A DNA stretch of 64,000 nucleotides from Eledone cirrhosa (Eukaryota). The stretch spans positions 23,374,001 to 23,438,000 of the forward strand of contig OZ024758.1 in assembly GCA_964016885.1 (NCBI GenBank), given 5' to 3'. Shown here piece by piece: positions 52,995 through 64,000 of this stretch. Position 1 is the stretch's first letter, and each line of letters begins with the position of its first letter. A program made the position numbers and the translations under genes. The notes under the pieces were generated by a model that searched no databases, had not been told where the DNA came from, and worked only from the letters and a program-made list of their open reading frames with translations.

Positions 52995-53132
52995 TTTCCT
53001 GCAGCTGTAAAAGAAGTTTATGTAATTTTTCGTTATGGATCTGAAAGTAAACAAAGCTTTCGCAATGCCTGGGTTTTACAGCAGAAAATCATCAATAATT
53101 ATGGTGGAAAATATGTCGGATTTTCAGACAAA
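52995..53132 (+). CDS. Tandem DUF1330-like protein, coding exon 3
   Basis: Poly-T GCAG acceptor; FPAAVKEVYVIFRYGSESKQSFRNAWVLQQKIINNYGGKYVGFSDK; donor AAA|GTGAGA; phase 0 to 0. YGGKY resembles the DUF1330 YGGRF motif. Confidence 0.82.
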
Positions 53133-53989
53133 GTGAGATAGTTTTCTTCAAGATTTTGTAGTTTTGGAGTTGTGACCAATATATGGCAGTTAGATTTTGT
53201 GTTTTATGAGATATGTGATGCTTAGCTTGTTTTGGGATTGAAACATGTGGTACCTGTAAGGTTTATGAGATATGTGATACTTAGCTAGTTTTGTGATTGA
53301 AACATGTGGTACCTGAGACAATTTGTGGTTAGACATGTTATGACTGAAACTTGTGATAGCAGACACCTGAAGTGGCCAGCTTGTTTTGTGGCTGAAACAT
53401 ATGGTAGAGAATTTTCATAGGCGTAATGGAAATGTAGCTAGATGCTGGCTGCATTCTTCTGCTCTTGATGATAGGACTCAGGTGTGTGGCATTAGCTCTT
53501 CGAAGCACATCTTCGTTTGTGATCTTGTCTTGTCAGGATCTTTTGGAGGCATCTTTTTTTGGAAAGTATCACGCTGTTTCTCAGTTCTGTCGGTACTCTA
53601 TCAGGTGTCAGCAGCATAGGTTGTTGTTGAGATAATTCTAAGGCAGATATCACAGTAATTTTTTCTATATGTGAAGGTGCATCATTAAAACGTAGGAGGG
53701 GGAAGGGTACCATCCAGTGCCACCCTTGGTGACCAGCCCTCTGGCACTGATTCTGTGCTTTAGTACAAGGAAGCAGTCTTAATTCGTTTCTGTAAAATTG
53801 TGGTAAGTTGTGAATGGGTCGTTGATGAAGTCACAGAGGTGGAGTCAAAATGTTTTATAAGTCTTGAGAATGCACTGGGGTTGATTTGATTGAATTTCCC
53901 TTCTCCCCAAATTGCCGGCCTAGTGCCTAATGTAGAAATCATTATTTCACAGGGGAAGAATTCTCCTAACATTTCTTCTCCTTCTTCAG

Positions 53990-54158
53990 ATTACTTGCTT
54001 GGAGAAGTCTGACTGGCCCAGTAACTACTGCATTGTACTGCTCTGTTTCTCCAGTCTTGAGCAAGCCGTACGTTGGATAAACAGTGATAGGGTTTTTAAA
54101 CAGCAGGACATGGAATATGAAGCATTTGTTGTCCCTTTACAATATATTCCTCATATAG
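53990..54158 (+). CDS. Tandem DUF1330-like protein, coding exon 4
   Basis: CTAAC branch point and pyrimidine tract CAG; ITCLEKSDWPSNYCIVLLCFSSLEQAVRWINSDRVFKQQDMEYEAFVVPLQYIPHI; donor TAG|GTGAGA; phase 0 to 1. Matches the LEGDW...VVIEFPSxEAAxAWYNS pattern. Confidence 0.85.
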
Positions 54159-54939
54159 GTGAGATATTTTCTTTGAGATATTGTTATTGAATCCTAAGTA
54201 AAAGGTTGGACTGGGTACTTTTTCACCGTGTCACCTGCAGGACCTCCTTACAAGAATGGACTGGGTGCTTTTTGTCATGTCACCAACATGATCACTTTAC
54301 AGGGTGGACTAGATGCTATGTGTTGTATCACCAGCGTGACCACCTTACAGAGTGAACTGGGTGCTTTTTACCATGTCACCAACACAACCACTTTACAGGG
54401 TTGACTGGATGATTTTTGTTGTAACATCAACACGACTACTTTACAGAGTGGACTGGGTGCTTATTTGTCATGTCACCAATACGACCACCTTACTGGGTGA
54501 ACTGGGTGACTTTTGTCGTGGGAAAGAAGACATTCACACTCAATCTCACACCACATGGGGTGCTGGAGCTTCTCTCTAATAATTTTTTAGGCAAGCCAAT
54601 ACATTCAGAGCATTGCCACAGATGATAGCGAGGCTAAGATGTTGGAATAACCAAGCACCCTCATGGACATTGCCCAATACTTTGGTAAAGCCAGCCACCA
54701 ATGATGACAAGAACTTCATTGTCAATAGAACAGCTACCCCAAAAGTCTCCAGCACCACAAGCTGAAAAAGATAGTTTGCCAATAATTCTGGAACAGAAAT
54801 TACTGGTTAAGATTCTTGTATCCCAGCCCATCAGCAACACATTTAATTTACCAAATATATAACATTTGACCTAATTCATTATTGTTTTAATGCCAACAGT
54901 TAAATTCTGCTTCATAATGTGAATCAAAGAAGAAAGATG

Positions 54940-57355
54940 CATACATTACATATATACATTACATTACATATATACATTACATTACATATATACATTACAT
55001 TACATATATACATTACATTACATATATACATTACATTACATATATACATTACATTTTATATATACATTACATTACATATATACATTACATTACATATATA
55101 CATTACATTTTATATATACATTACATTACATATATACATTACATTACATATATACATTACATTTTATATATACATTACATTACATATATACATTACATTA
55201 CATATATACATTACATTTTATATATACATTACATTACATATATACATTACATTACATATATACATTACATTACATATATACATTACATTTCATATATACA
55301 TTACATTTTATATATACATTACATTACATATATACATTACATTACATATATACATTACATTACATATATACATTACATTACATATATACATTACATTTTA
55401 TATATACATTACATTACATATATACATTACATTACCTATATACATTACATTACATATATACATTACATTACATATATACATTACATTTTATATATACATT
55501 ACATTACATATATACATTACATTTTATATATACATTACATTACATATATACATTACATTACATATATACATTACATTTTATATATACATTACATTACATA
55601 TATACATTACATTACATATATACATTACATTACATATATACATTACATTTTATATATACATTACATTACATATATACATTACATTACCTATATACATTAC
55701 ATTACATATATACATTACATTACATATATACATTACATTTTATATATACATTACATTACCTATATACATTACATTTTATATATACATTACATTACATATA
55801 TACATTACATTTTATATATACATTACATTACATATATACATTACATTTTATATATACATTACATTACATATATACATTACATTACATATATACATTACAT
55901 TACATATATACATTACATTTTATATATACATTACATTACATATATACATTACATTTCATATATACATTACATTTTATATATACATTACATTACATATATA
56001 CATTACATTTCATATATACATTACATTTTATATATACATTACATTACATATATACATTACATTACATATATACATTACATTACATATATACATTACATTA
56101 CATATATACATTACATTACATATATACATTACATTACATATATACATTACATTACATATATACATTACATTTTATATATACATTACATTACATATATACA
56201 TTACATTACATATATACATTACATTACATATATACATTACATTTTATATATACATTACATTACATATATACATTACATTACATATATACATTACATTACA
56301 TATATACATTACATTTTATATATACATTACATTACATATATACATTACATTTTATATATACATTACATTACCTATATACATCACATTACATATATACATT
56401 ACATTACATATATACATTACATTACATATATACATTACATTACATATATACATTACATTTTATATATACATTACATTTTATATATATACATTACATTTTA
56501 TATATACATTACATTTTATATATACATTACATTACATGTATACATTACATTTTATATATACATTACATTACATATATACATTACATTTTATATATACATT
56601 ACATTACATATATACATTACATTACATATATACATTACATTACATATATACATTACATTTTATATATACATTACATTTTATATATACATTACATTTCATA
56701 TATACATTACATTACCTATATACATTACATTACATATATACATTACATTTTATATATACATTACATTTTATATATACATTACATTACATATATACATTAC
56801 ATTACATATATACATTACATTTTATATATACATTACATTACATATATACATTACATTACATATATACATTACATTTTATATATACATTACATTACATATA
56901 TACATTACATTACATATATACATTACATTACATATATACATTACATTACATATATACATTACATTACATATATACATTACATTACATATATACATTACAT
57001 TACATATATACATTACATTACATATATACATTACATTTTATATATACATTACATTACATATATACATTACATATATACATTACATTTTATATATACATTA
57101 CATTACATATATACATTACATTACATATATACATTACATTACATATATACATTACATTTTATATATACATTACATTACATATATACATTACATTACATAT
57201 ATACATTACATTTTATATATACATTACATTACATATATACATTACATTACATATATACATTACATTTTATATATACATTACATTACATATATACATTACA
57301 TTACATATATACATTACATTACATATATACATTACATTACATATATACATTATAT
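54940..57355. repeat. 18-bp satellite (ATATATACATTACATTAC), ~130 copies, in gene 2 intron
   Basis: Near-perfect 18-bp period with variants ending TTTT, TTTC or ACCT; explains the spurious 835-aa ORF. Confidence 0.98.
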
Positions 57356-57483
57356 TATATGCATACATTACTTACAAATATAATATTTTCTATAACACTC
57401 ATATGTGCATATATATATATATATAGTTGAAAAAAAATGAAAACGAAATTTCATTTCTCACTCTTAGTATGGCACTTACTTAA

Positions 57484-57538
57484 ATGTAAGTATGTATGTA
57501 TACGTACATACATATATGTATACAGACGTACAGTAGCA

Positions 57539-57588
<50 letters not shown>

Positions 57589-57998
57589 TATATACACATG
57601 CATACAGGTACACATACATATATGCACGCATCAGTTTAGCCTACGTTTATTATAACGCCGGCCGCTTTGTTCGTTTGTTTGTCAACAAAGCGAACAGCCT
57701 GAATTTATGCCATACGGTGTTAAGGCAACCACGTCACCTTTTTGTTCAACACTGACACAGGAACGATGTACTAGTTTCAAGCTTGTTAGCTATCATCAGC
57801 ACCGTTTACCCATCTGCCAGATAGTTGAACGTTCGAAAGTATATACTTTCCTTATGAAAATTAACGGCTGAGCAGCCTAATTTGCATATTGAGTGAGTTA
57901 AATCGGTCAGGCATACCGAAAACGATTAGTTGAAAAAAAAACGTAGGCTAAACTGATGCGTGCATATATGTATGTGTACCTGTATGCATGTGTGTATA

Positions 57999-58070
<72 letters not shown>

Positions 58071-58125
58071 TGCTACTGTACGTCTGTATACATATATGTA
58101 TGTACGTATACATACATACTTACAT
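57484..58125. mobile_element. Fold-back element: ~165-185 bp near-perfect inverted arms around a 290-bp hammerhead-containing spacer
   Basis: 57484-57648 is the reverse complement of 57939-58125 apart from (TA)n length. Confidence 0.9.
57762..57806 (-). ncRNA. Minimal type I hammerhead ribozyme motif (Penelope-like)
   Basis: Minus strand reads AACGGTG-CTGATGA-TAGC taacaa GCTT-GAAA-CTAG-TA-CATCGTT; 7-bp stem I with one G-U; palindromic stem III ACTAGT; GUA triplet; U-U mismatch at the base of stem II. Confidence 0.75.
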
Positions 58126-58147
58126 ATATATATATATATTTATATTT

Positions 58148-58346
58148 AAGAGGGTCAGCTGAAAGATCCATAGGCTGACCAAGATACTCTCATGGAATGA
58201 CCAAATGAGGTTTATTTTTCAACATAGTCCCTGGAAAGAAACAATGCTGTTATTAATAAGAAGAGTTAAAATTAATGCATGCAAGATTTCACAGTCCTAG
58301 CATCACTCCTTCATAGTCAGCCTATGAACTTTTCATTCGACCCATG
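58148..58346. mobile_element. Mariner-like MITE (second copy at ~48530-49015 carries a SINE)
   Basis: Terminal inverted repeats CATAGGCTGAC / GTCAGCCTATG; internal sequence shared with the 48530 copy. Confidence 0.75.
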
Positions 58347-58406
58347 TATTTGAAGATTATAATCTTCCATGTTGCATCTCTCTTTCCCATTTGTGCTCTT
58401 CACCAG

Positions 58407-58649
58407 AATATAAAACATTTATGATGATGGAAGTTGATCTACAATATCCAGATGAATTAATTTCCAAGTTTGAGAAAGAGTATGTGAAACCTGCCTCAGT
58501 CTCAATGGATAAATTTGAAGTCGCTCATGGTGTTGTTGCTTCTAGTAGCATTAATCTGCTCAGACAGACCACCTGGAATATTCAAAGCAAAACTATAGTT
58601 GTGCACCAATTCAAGTCAGATAAGCACTTCTGGGAATTTTATCAAAGCA
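58407..58649 (+). CDS. Tandem DUF1330-like protein, coding exon 5
   Basis: CTCTTCACCAG acceptor; EYKTFMMMEVDLQYPDELISKFEKEYVKP...IVVHQFKSDKHFWEFYQS; donor GCA|GTAAGT; phase 1 to 1. Confidence 0.85.
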
Positions 58650-59281
58650 GTAAGTGAATATTTTATCTAATGGCTATCATTATCAACTTTTAGTGGATTG
58701 GCAGTATCGGTAGAGGGTCGGACGCCATGCTTTCCAGCATAGTTACGTCCCTTTACGATCTGAGTTCAAATCCCGCCGAGGTTGACTTTGCCTTTCATCC
58801 TTTACGGGGTCGATAAAATAAAGTACCAGTAATGCACTGGATAATTGCTGGCCTTGTGCCTAAAGTATAAACAATTATCAACTTTTAGTGTTGTTGTCAT
58901 CATCTACCATACAACATATCACCATATAATCCTGATACCTGATTATCTCCCTTTATCTTATGTCTTTTGCCTTTCTCTTCCATTAAATAATTGTTTCTAC
59001 GTTTGGCACAAGACCAGTAATTACCCCAGTGCATTCATTACTGAAGGCCAGTAATTTGGGGGAGGGAAAAATCGATTAAATCGACCTCAGTATGTTACTG
59101 GTACTTTATTTTATCGACCCCCGTAAGGGCAAAAAGGCAAAGTTAACCTCGGCAGGATTTGAACTCAGACCGTAAAGGACCATAACTCTATGCTGCAAAG
59201 CATGGTGTCTGACTCTCTACCAATACTGCCACTCCACCGCCCTTCCATTAAATAATAATAATGAAAATTATTGTGTACAAT

Positions 59282-59510
59282 CAGACCTACCAACTTCTAA
59301 AAACCCAAACAGTGAGTACCATGAAAAAAAAGTGCCCCAAAACGGGGAGAAATGAGGCAAAATGGGGAGATTTTACATAATGAAAGCTATACCCATTTTC
59401 ACAAGAGAAGACATCTTGCAACTACCCCAAAGCAGGTGGGAGATCTCCCCGTCAGCCAGCACTTATTTTCATAGTACTCCCCACTTGGGTTTTTAGAGGT
59501 TAGCAGGTCT
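59282..59510. mobile_element. hAT-like MITE (related copy at ~15052-15221)
   Basis: TIRs CAGACCTACCAAC / GTTAGCAGGTCTG; interior matches the reverse complement of 15070-15221; no clear TSD. Confidence 0.7.
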
Positions 59511-60221
59511 GCATTGTCACACACACACACATACACACATCATCATTCATCATCATCATTTCATTTTACGTCCGCTTTTTCCCTACTTGCAAGGGTGGGA
59601 CGGGAACTGATTCTGGCTTGATTTCTACAGCTGGATGCCCTTCCTAACACCAACCTCATTTACAGTGAGTGCTGGGTGCTTTTTTGCTGTGGCACCTCCA
59701 CGACCACTTTGCAGTGGAATTATAGGGACCTCAGTCCCTATCATCTCATTTCTACAGCTGAGTAAACTGGAGTAATGTGAAATAAAGTGTCTTGCTCAAG
59801 GAAACAACACATCACCCAGTCTGGGAATTGAACTCACAACCTTTCGATTGCAAGGCCAATGCTCTAACCATATATATATATATAGATATATATATATATA
59901 TCAAATGAAAAACGGAGTTAAAGACTCACGTTAATCCACTGTAATTTAATGAGCTCAAGGAATAAGTACCAAGCTTTTCATAATACAGTATATAGAGAAG
60001 AAAACACAAAAAGGGTATGTTTTCAATTATGATTTGGTTCCTAATTTCTTTATGTTAGTTGAGCTTTTTAAGTTGAATGGTTATAGGCTGCCATTTCTAG
60101 CGGTTTCTTGATTCATTCAAGCCACTATGTACTATCTGGTGCGCATGTTTTCGTTTCTCTCACCGTGTGCGATATTTCAGTTGCCTAAAGTCTCTTTAGA
60201 AGTGTTGACGGTATCTTCTTT

Positions 60222-60306
60222 ACACCTGCTGATGAGCCCTGAGAAGTTATGGCACCAACATTGTCTATGGCGAAACATTCTCTTCTTTTTGAGTTTGTCC
60301 AGGTGT
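60222..60306 (+). ncRNA. Type I hammerhead ribozyme motif with GUC cleavage triplet
   Basis: ACACCTG-CTGATGA(60229-60235)-GCC...GGC-GAAA(60272-60275)-CA tt CTC...GAG tt TG-TC-CAGGTGT; perfect 7-bp stem I, complete catalytic core, predicted cut after 60299. Confidence 0.8.
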
Positions 60307-60462
60307 TTTATAGTTACAAAGGTGGGTCTGTACACTTTAATTTACCTTTTTAATTATTATGTATTTTCCACACTTTTCGAAGACTTTCTGTTCTTCATTC
60401 TAGTGGCTCCTTACCCCTCGTAATTGAAAACACACACACACATACATATATTTATTTATATA

Positions 60463-60507
<45 letters not shown>

Positions 60508-60589
60508 CCCCGTCCCACCCAATCCACACCGCCCCTTTCAATGAAAAGTTATGTTGGTGCCACAACATCCAGGCCGAAACAAATGAGAT

Positions 60590-61068
60590 CGTGTAGGTGT
60601 CACGACAAAAAACACACAGTCCACGCTGTAAATGTGGCCGTGTAGGCAACACGGTAAAAACCTCCCATCCCCACACTGTAAATGTGGTTGATGTTAGGAA
60701 GGGCATCCAGCTGTAGAAAACCCGCCAGACAGTCCACGCTGTAATGTGGCCGTGTAGGCAACACGGTAAAAACCTCCCAGCCCCACACTGTAAATGTGGT
60801 TGATGTTAGGAAGGGCATCCAGCTGTAGAAAACCCGCCAGACAGTCCACGCTGTAATGTGGCCGTGTAGGCAACACGGTAAAAACCTCCCAGCCCCACAC
60901 TGTAAATGTGCTTGGTGTTAGGAAGGGCATCCAGCTGTAGAAAACCCACCAGACAGTCCTATGCGAGCAAGACAATCACTCTTGCCTCAAGTGGGAAAAC
61001 CCCCGTCCAAACCCATGCAAGCGTGGAACACGGACGTTAAACGTTGATGATGATGATGATGATGATGA
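60590..61068 (+). mobile_element. Headless relative of SINE A with a ~112-bp tandem triplication
   Basis: ACAGTCCACGCTGTAA at 60616, 60729, 60841; TAGGAAGGGCATCCAGCTGTAGAAA and (ATG)n tail. Relatives at 19710, 24785, 43125, 46985(-), 54205(-), 61690. Confidence 0.8.
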
Positions 61069-61307
61069 TATTTATAGTGAAGGCGTGTGGCTGAGTGGTT
61101 AGAGAATTGGATTCGCAATCGTAAGGTTGTGAGTTCGATTCCTGGACCAGGCAATGCATTATGTCCGTGAGCAAGACACTTTATTTCACGTTGCTCCTTC
61201 TACCTGGAGTTGCGACCGATAGATAGTATTAGCAATTGGACAGACCAACGGAAACATTGTTTCCTCAGTCCGATTTGACGAAAGTCGATTGTTCCTTATA
61301 TATATTT

Positions 61308-61648
61308 ATAACTAAATGAAAAAGATCTATGTATATATATAGAGAGAAACAGCCATATATTGTTTAAGAAACAATCGTATAAGAAACACGGTATATTGTA
61401 TATATTTCAAATACATATTCTATAGAAGAATATGTACACAGGTGGAATCATAAGTGAAACTTTATAGTGATATTTCATACCTGGAGAGTGTAGCTCAAAA
61501 TCAATATGTAATCGATCATTAAAAAAAAATCAATCAATATAATCGATCATTGAAGACAAACTATTGATTATGATTAAACACATCAGACTCAGGTACTCTA
61601 TATGGCTCCTTCTCTCTATATATAGATATATCTTTTTCATTTGGTTAT
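61308..61648. mobile_element. MITE-like element with ~50-bp terminal inverted repeats
   Basis: ATAACTAAATGAAAAAGAT...AGCCATATA pairs with TATATGGCT...ATCTTTTTCATTTGGTTAT. Confidence 0.75.
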
Positions 61649-62499
61649 TATGGCTCTAGATGTTTATTGAGAAACACAAAATTCTAAACACACTGTAAAG
61701 TGATCCTGTAGGTGTAAAGACAAAAAGCACCCAACTTACACAGTAAAGTGGTCATATAGATTACACAACGAAAAGCGCCCAGGCCACACTGTAAAGTGGT
61801 CATATAGATTACACAACGAACTGTAAAGTGATCCTGTAGATGTCACGGCAAAAAGTGCCCAGCTTAACACAGTAAAGTGATCCTGTAGGTGTCACGGCAA
61901 AAAGTGCCCAGCTTAACACAGTAAAGTGATCCTGTAGGTGTCACGACAAAAAGCGCCCAACTTACACAGTAAAGTGATCCTGTAGGTAACACAACAAAAA
62001 GCGCCCAGCCCACACTATAAATGTGAGTGATGTTAAGAAAGGCATCCAGCTGTAGAAACCAAGCCAAAATTAGTCCTGTATGAGGAAGTCATGGTCATTG
62101 GACCTGGCCTGTCTCACAACAGGGCAACTCATCTAACCCATGCTAACGTGGAAAAATGGACGTTAAACAATGATGATGATGATTTCATGTAATGCACTGG
62201 GTAATTGCTGGCCTTGTGCCTAAAGTAGAAACAATTATTTGTATATATATATAGGGCGGTAGATTGGCAGTATCGGTAGAGGGTCGGACGCCATGCTTTG
62301 ACCCCATAGAGTTACGGCCCTTGCCATTCTGAGTTCAAATCCTGCCGAGGTTAACTTTGCCTTTCATCCTTACGAGGTCGATAAAATAAAGTACCAGTAA
62401 TGCACTGGGTAATTGCTGGCCTTGTGCCTAACGTAGAAACAATTATTTGTATATATATATATATATATATATATTTATGTTGTATCTTTTATTTTTCAG

Positions 62500-62600
62500 C
62501 TGACTACCAAAACTTAATTGATATCAGAAACAGCATGTACCAAACAAACGTGGTTATGTTTTCTCTTGTTAATGACCCTCCTCTTTTTAGTAAGGGTTAA
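62500..62600 (+). CDS. Tandem DUF1330-like protein, terminal coding exon 6
   Basis: ATTTTTCAG acceptor, phase 1; TDYQNLIDIRNSMYQTNVVMFSLVNDPPLFSKG, stop TAA. Completes FYQSTDYQNLIDIR, like the DUF1330 WYNSPEYQxxxxxR motif. Total CDS is 738 nt (245 aa). Confidence 0.82.
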
Positions 62601-62783
62601 GTCTTACCAATGTGATGGTACAAGTAAATTAAACTCTGATGTTCATTAGGTGCTTCCATTGTGTCTCAGATTCTCAGACATTGTGTTTCCATATTGTTCT
62701 TATTGAAAACCTGTTCCTCATACTTAATTGCTATCAAATGAAAATAATATATATATATATATATATATAGATATATATTAGTA

Positions 62784-62847
<64 letters not shown>

Positions 62848-63072
62848 TATGTGTGTGTGTCTATATATATGAGTATGTGTGTGTGTGTATATATATTATA
62901 TATAAATATAATTTGAATATATATACATTGTTTCCATATTGTTCTTATTGAAAAACTGTTCCTCATACTTAATTGCTACCAAATGAAAATAATATATATA
63001 TATGAGTATGTGTGTGTGTATATATATATATAAATATAATTTGAATAAAATATATATATAAATATAATTTGA

Positions 63073-63104
<32 letters not shown>

Positions 63105-63188
63105 ATATAATTTGAATATGAGTATGTGTGTGTGTATAAATATATAAATATAATTTGAATAAAATATATATATATAAATATAATTTGA

Positions 63189-63220
<32 letters not shown>

Positions 63221-63589
63221 ATATAATTTGAATAAAATATTTTAAAAGTTTATTTTGTCGTCATTTATTATATACTACTAAAACTCTGTGATTGTGTCTT
63301 GCCTGTAATTTGATGCAGCCAAAATGGCACAAAATGGGAAAATACTTTGAAAGGAAGTTGTCCCTGAAATGGGAATTCAAATGGAATAAAACAACTTTCA
63401 CGTAAATCGGAGCTCGGTTCCTGAGATACGGGTTTTTTTTTGGAAACATTCATAGAGAGAAAGATATAGTGGTTGTGAGAGAGTAGATTGAAATAGGGAG
63501 AGAGAGAGAGAGAGAGAGAAGAAGACAGAGAAGGAAAATGGAAGAGAGAGAGATTTGATGTGTTGTTGAATGAAATTATAAACACACAC

Positions 63590-64000
63590 ATCATCATCAT
63601 CATTTTACGTCCGCTTTTCCCTGCTTGCAAGGGTTGGACGGGTCCTATTCAGCACAGCATCACTCCACTTGTCACGGTCCTTCGTCATCTCCTTGGTGAG
63701 TTTTAGCGATCTAAGGTCTGCTCTCACCACCTCCACCCATGTTTTTCGTGGTCTACCTCTACTGCGTCTTCCCTCCACTAGGACTTCCTGGCACTTCTTC
63801 ACCCATCGGTCATCCTCCATACGCATCACATGTCCATACCATTACAGCCTTCTCTCCTGCACACCACAACTTATCCCTCTTATACCCAGTTTCTTTCTCA
63901 ACTCGTCTATGCTTGGTCGTTCACGCACATTGACATTGCACATCCAACGGATCATACTTGCTTCATTTCTCTGCAGCCGTCGCATATCTTCTGCAGTTGC
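63590..64000 (-). mobile_element. RTE-clade LINE 3' end, runs off the window
   Basis: Minus frame ATAEDMRRLQRNEASMIRWMCNV...ERRL*WYGHVMRMEDDRWVKK...GRRSRGRPRKTW...REKRT stop, then an (ATG)n tail; one internal stop. Confidence 0.92.

Noticed and set aside
54919-57426. 835-aa ORF (HIYITL repeats)
   Set aside because: Translation of an 18-bp satellite inside an intron; no splice or codon evidence.

Overview
AT-rich animal genomic DNA. The SINE families, dense (TA)n/(ATC)n microsatellites and RTE LINE tails are most consistent with an octopus or other cephalopod (inference). Two spliced + strand genes can be assembled by hand with consistent GT-AG sites and phases. (1) An SS18/SYT (SSXT/SNH domain, BAF complex subunit) orthologue with 7 coding exons at 3847-34585 (~737 aa); its last exon carries ~30 Met-rich GPPG[S/G/A/P]M[Q/S] heptads and poly-Gly tracts. 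(2) A 245-aa protein with 6 coding exons at 49168-62600 that looks like two tandem DUF1330-like domains, preceded by a probable non-coding first exon and tandem RFX X-box-like motifs. The rest is transposon and repeat DNA: three tRNA-headed SINE families, RTE/CR1 LINE fragments (one with twin-priming inversion geometry), piggyBac-, hAT- and Tc1/mariner-type MITEs, hairpin elements, a probable solo LTR, a U2 snRNA pseudogene and several minisatellites. The most notable non-gene signal is a set of type I hammerhead ribozyme motifs (50496, 57799 minus strand, 60229, plus a degenerate one at 50639 and a truncated one at 10968 minus strand). Two of them sit in otherwise dissimilar elements that share an octamer - TATATA - ribozyme - AATAAA layout with nearly identical spacing. 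All calls were made by eye without alignment tools; repeat boundaries are approximate.
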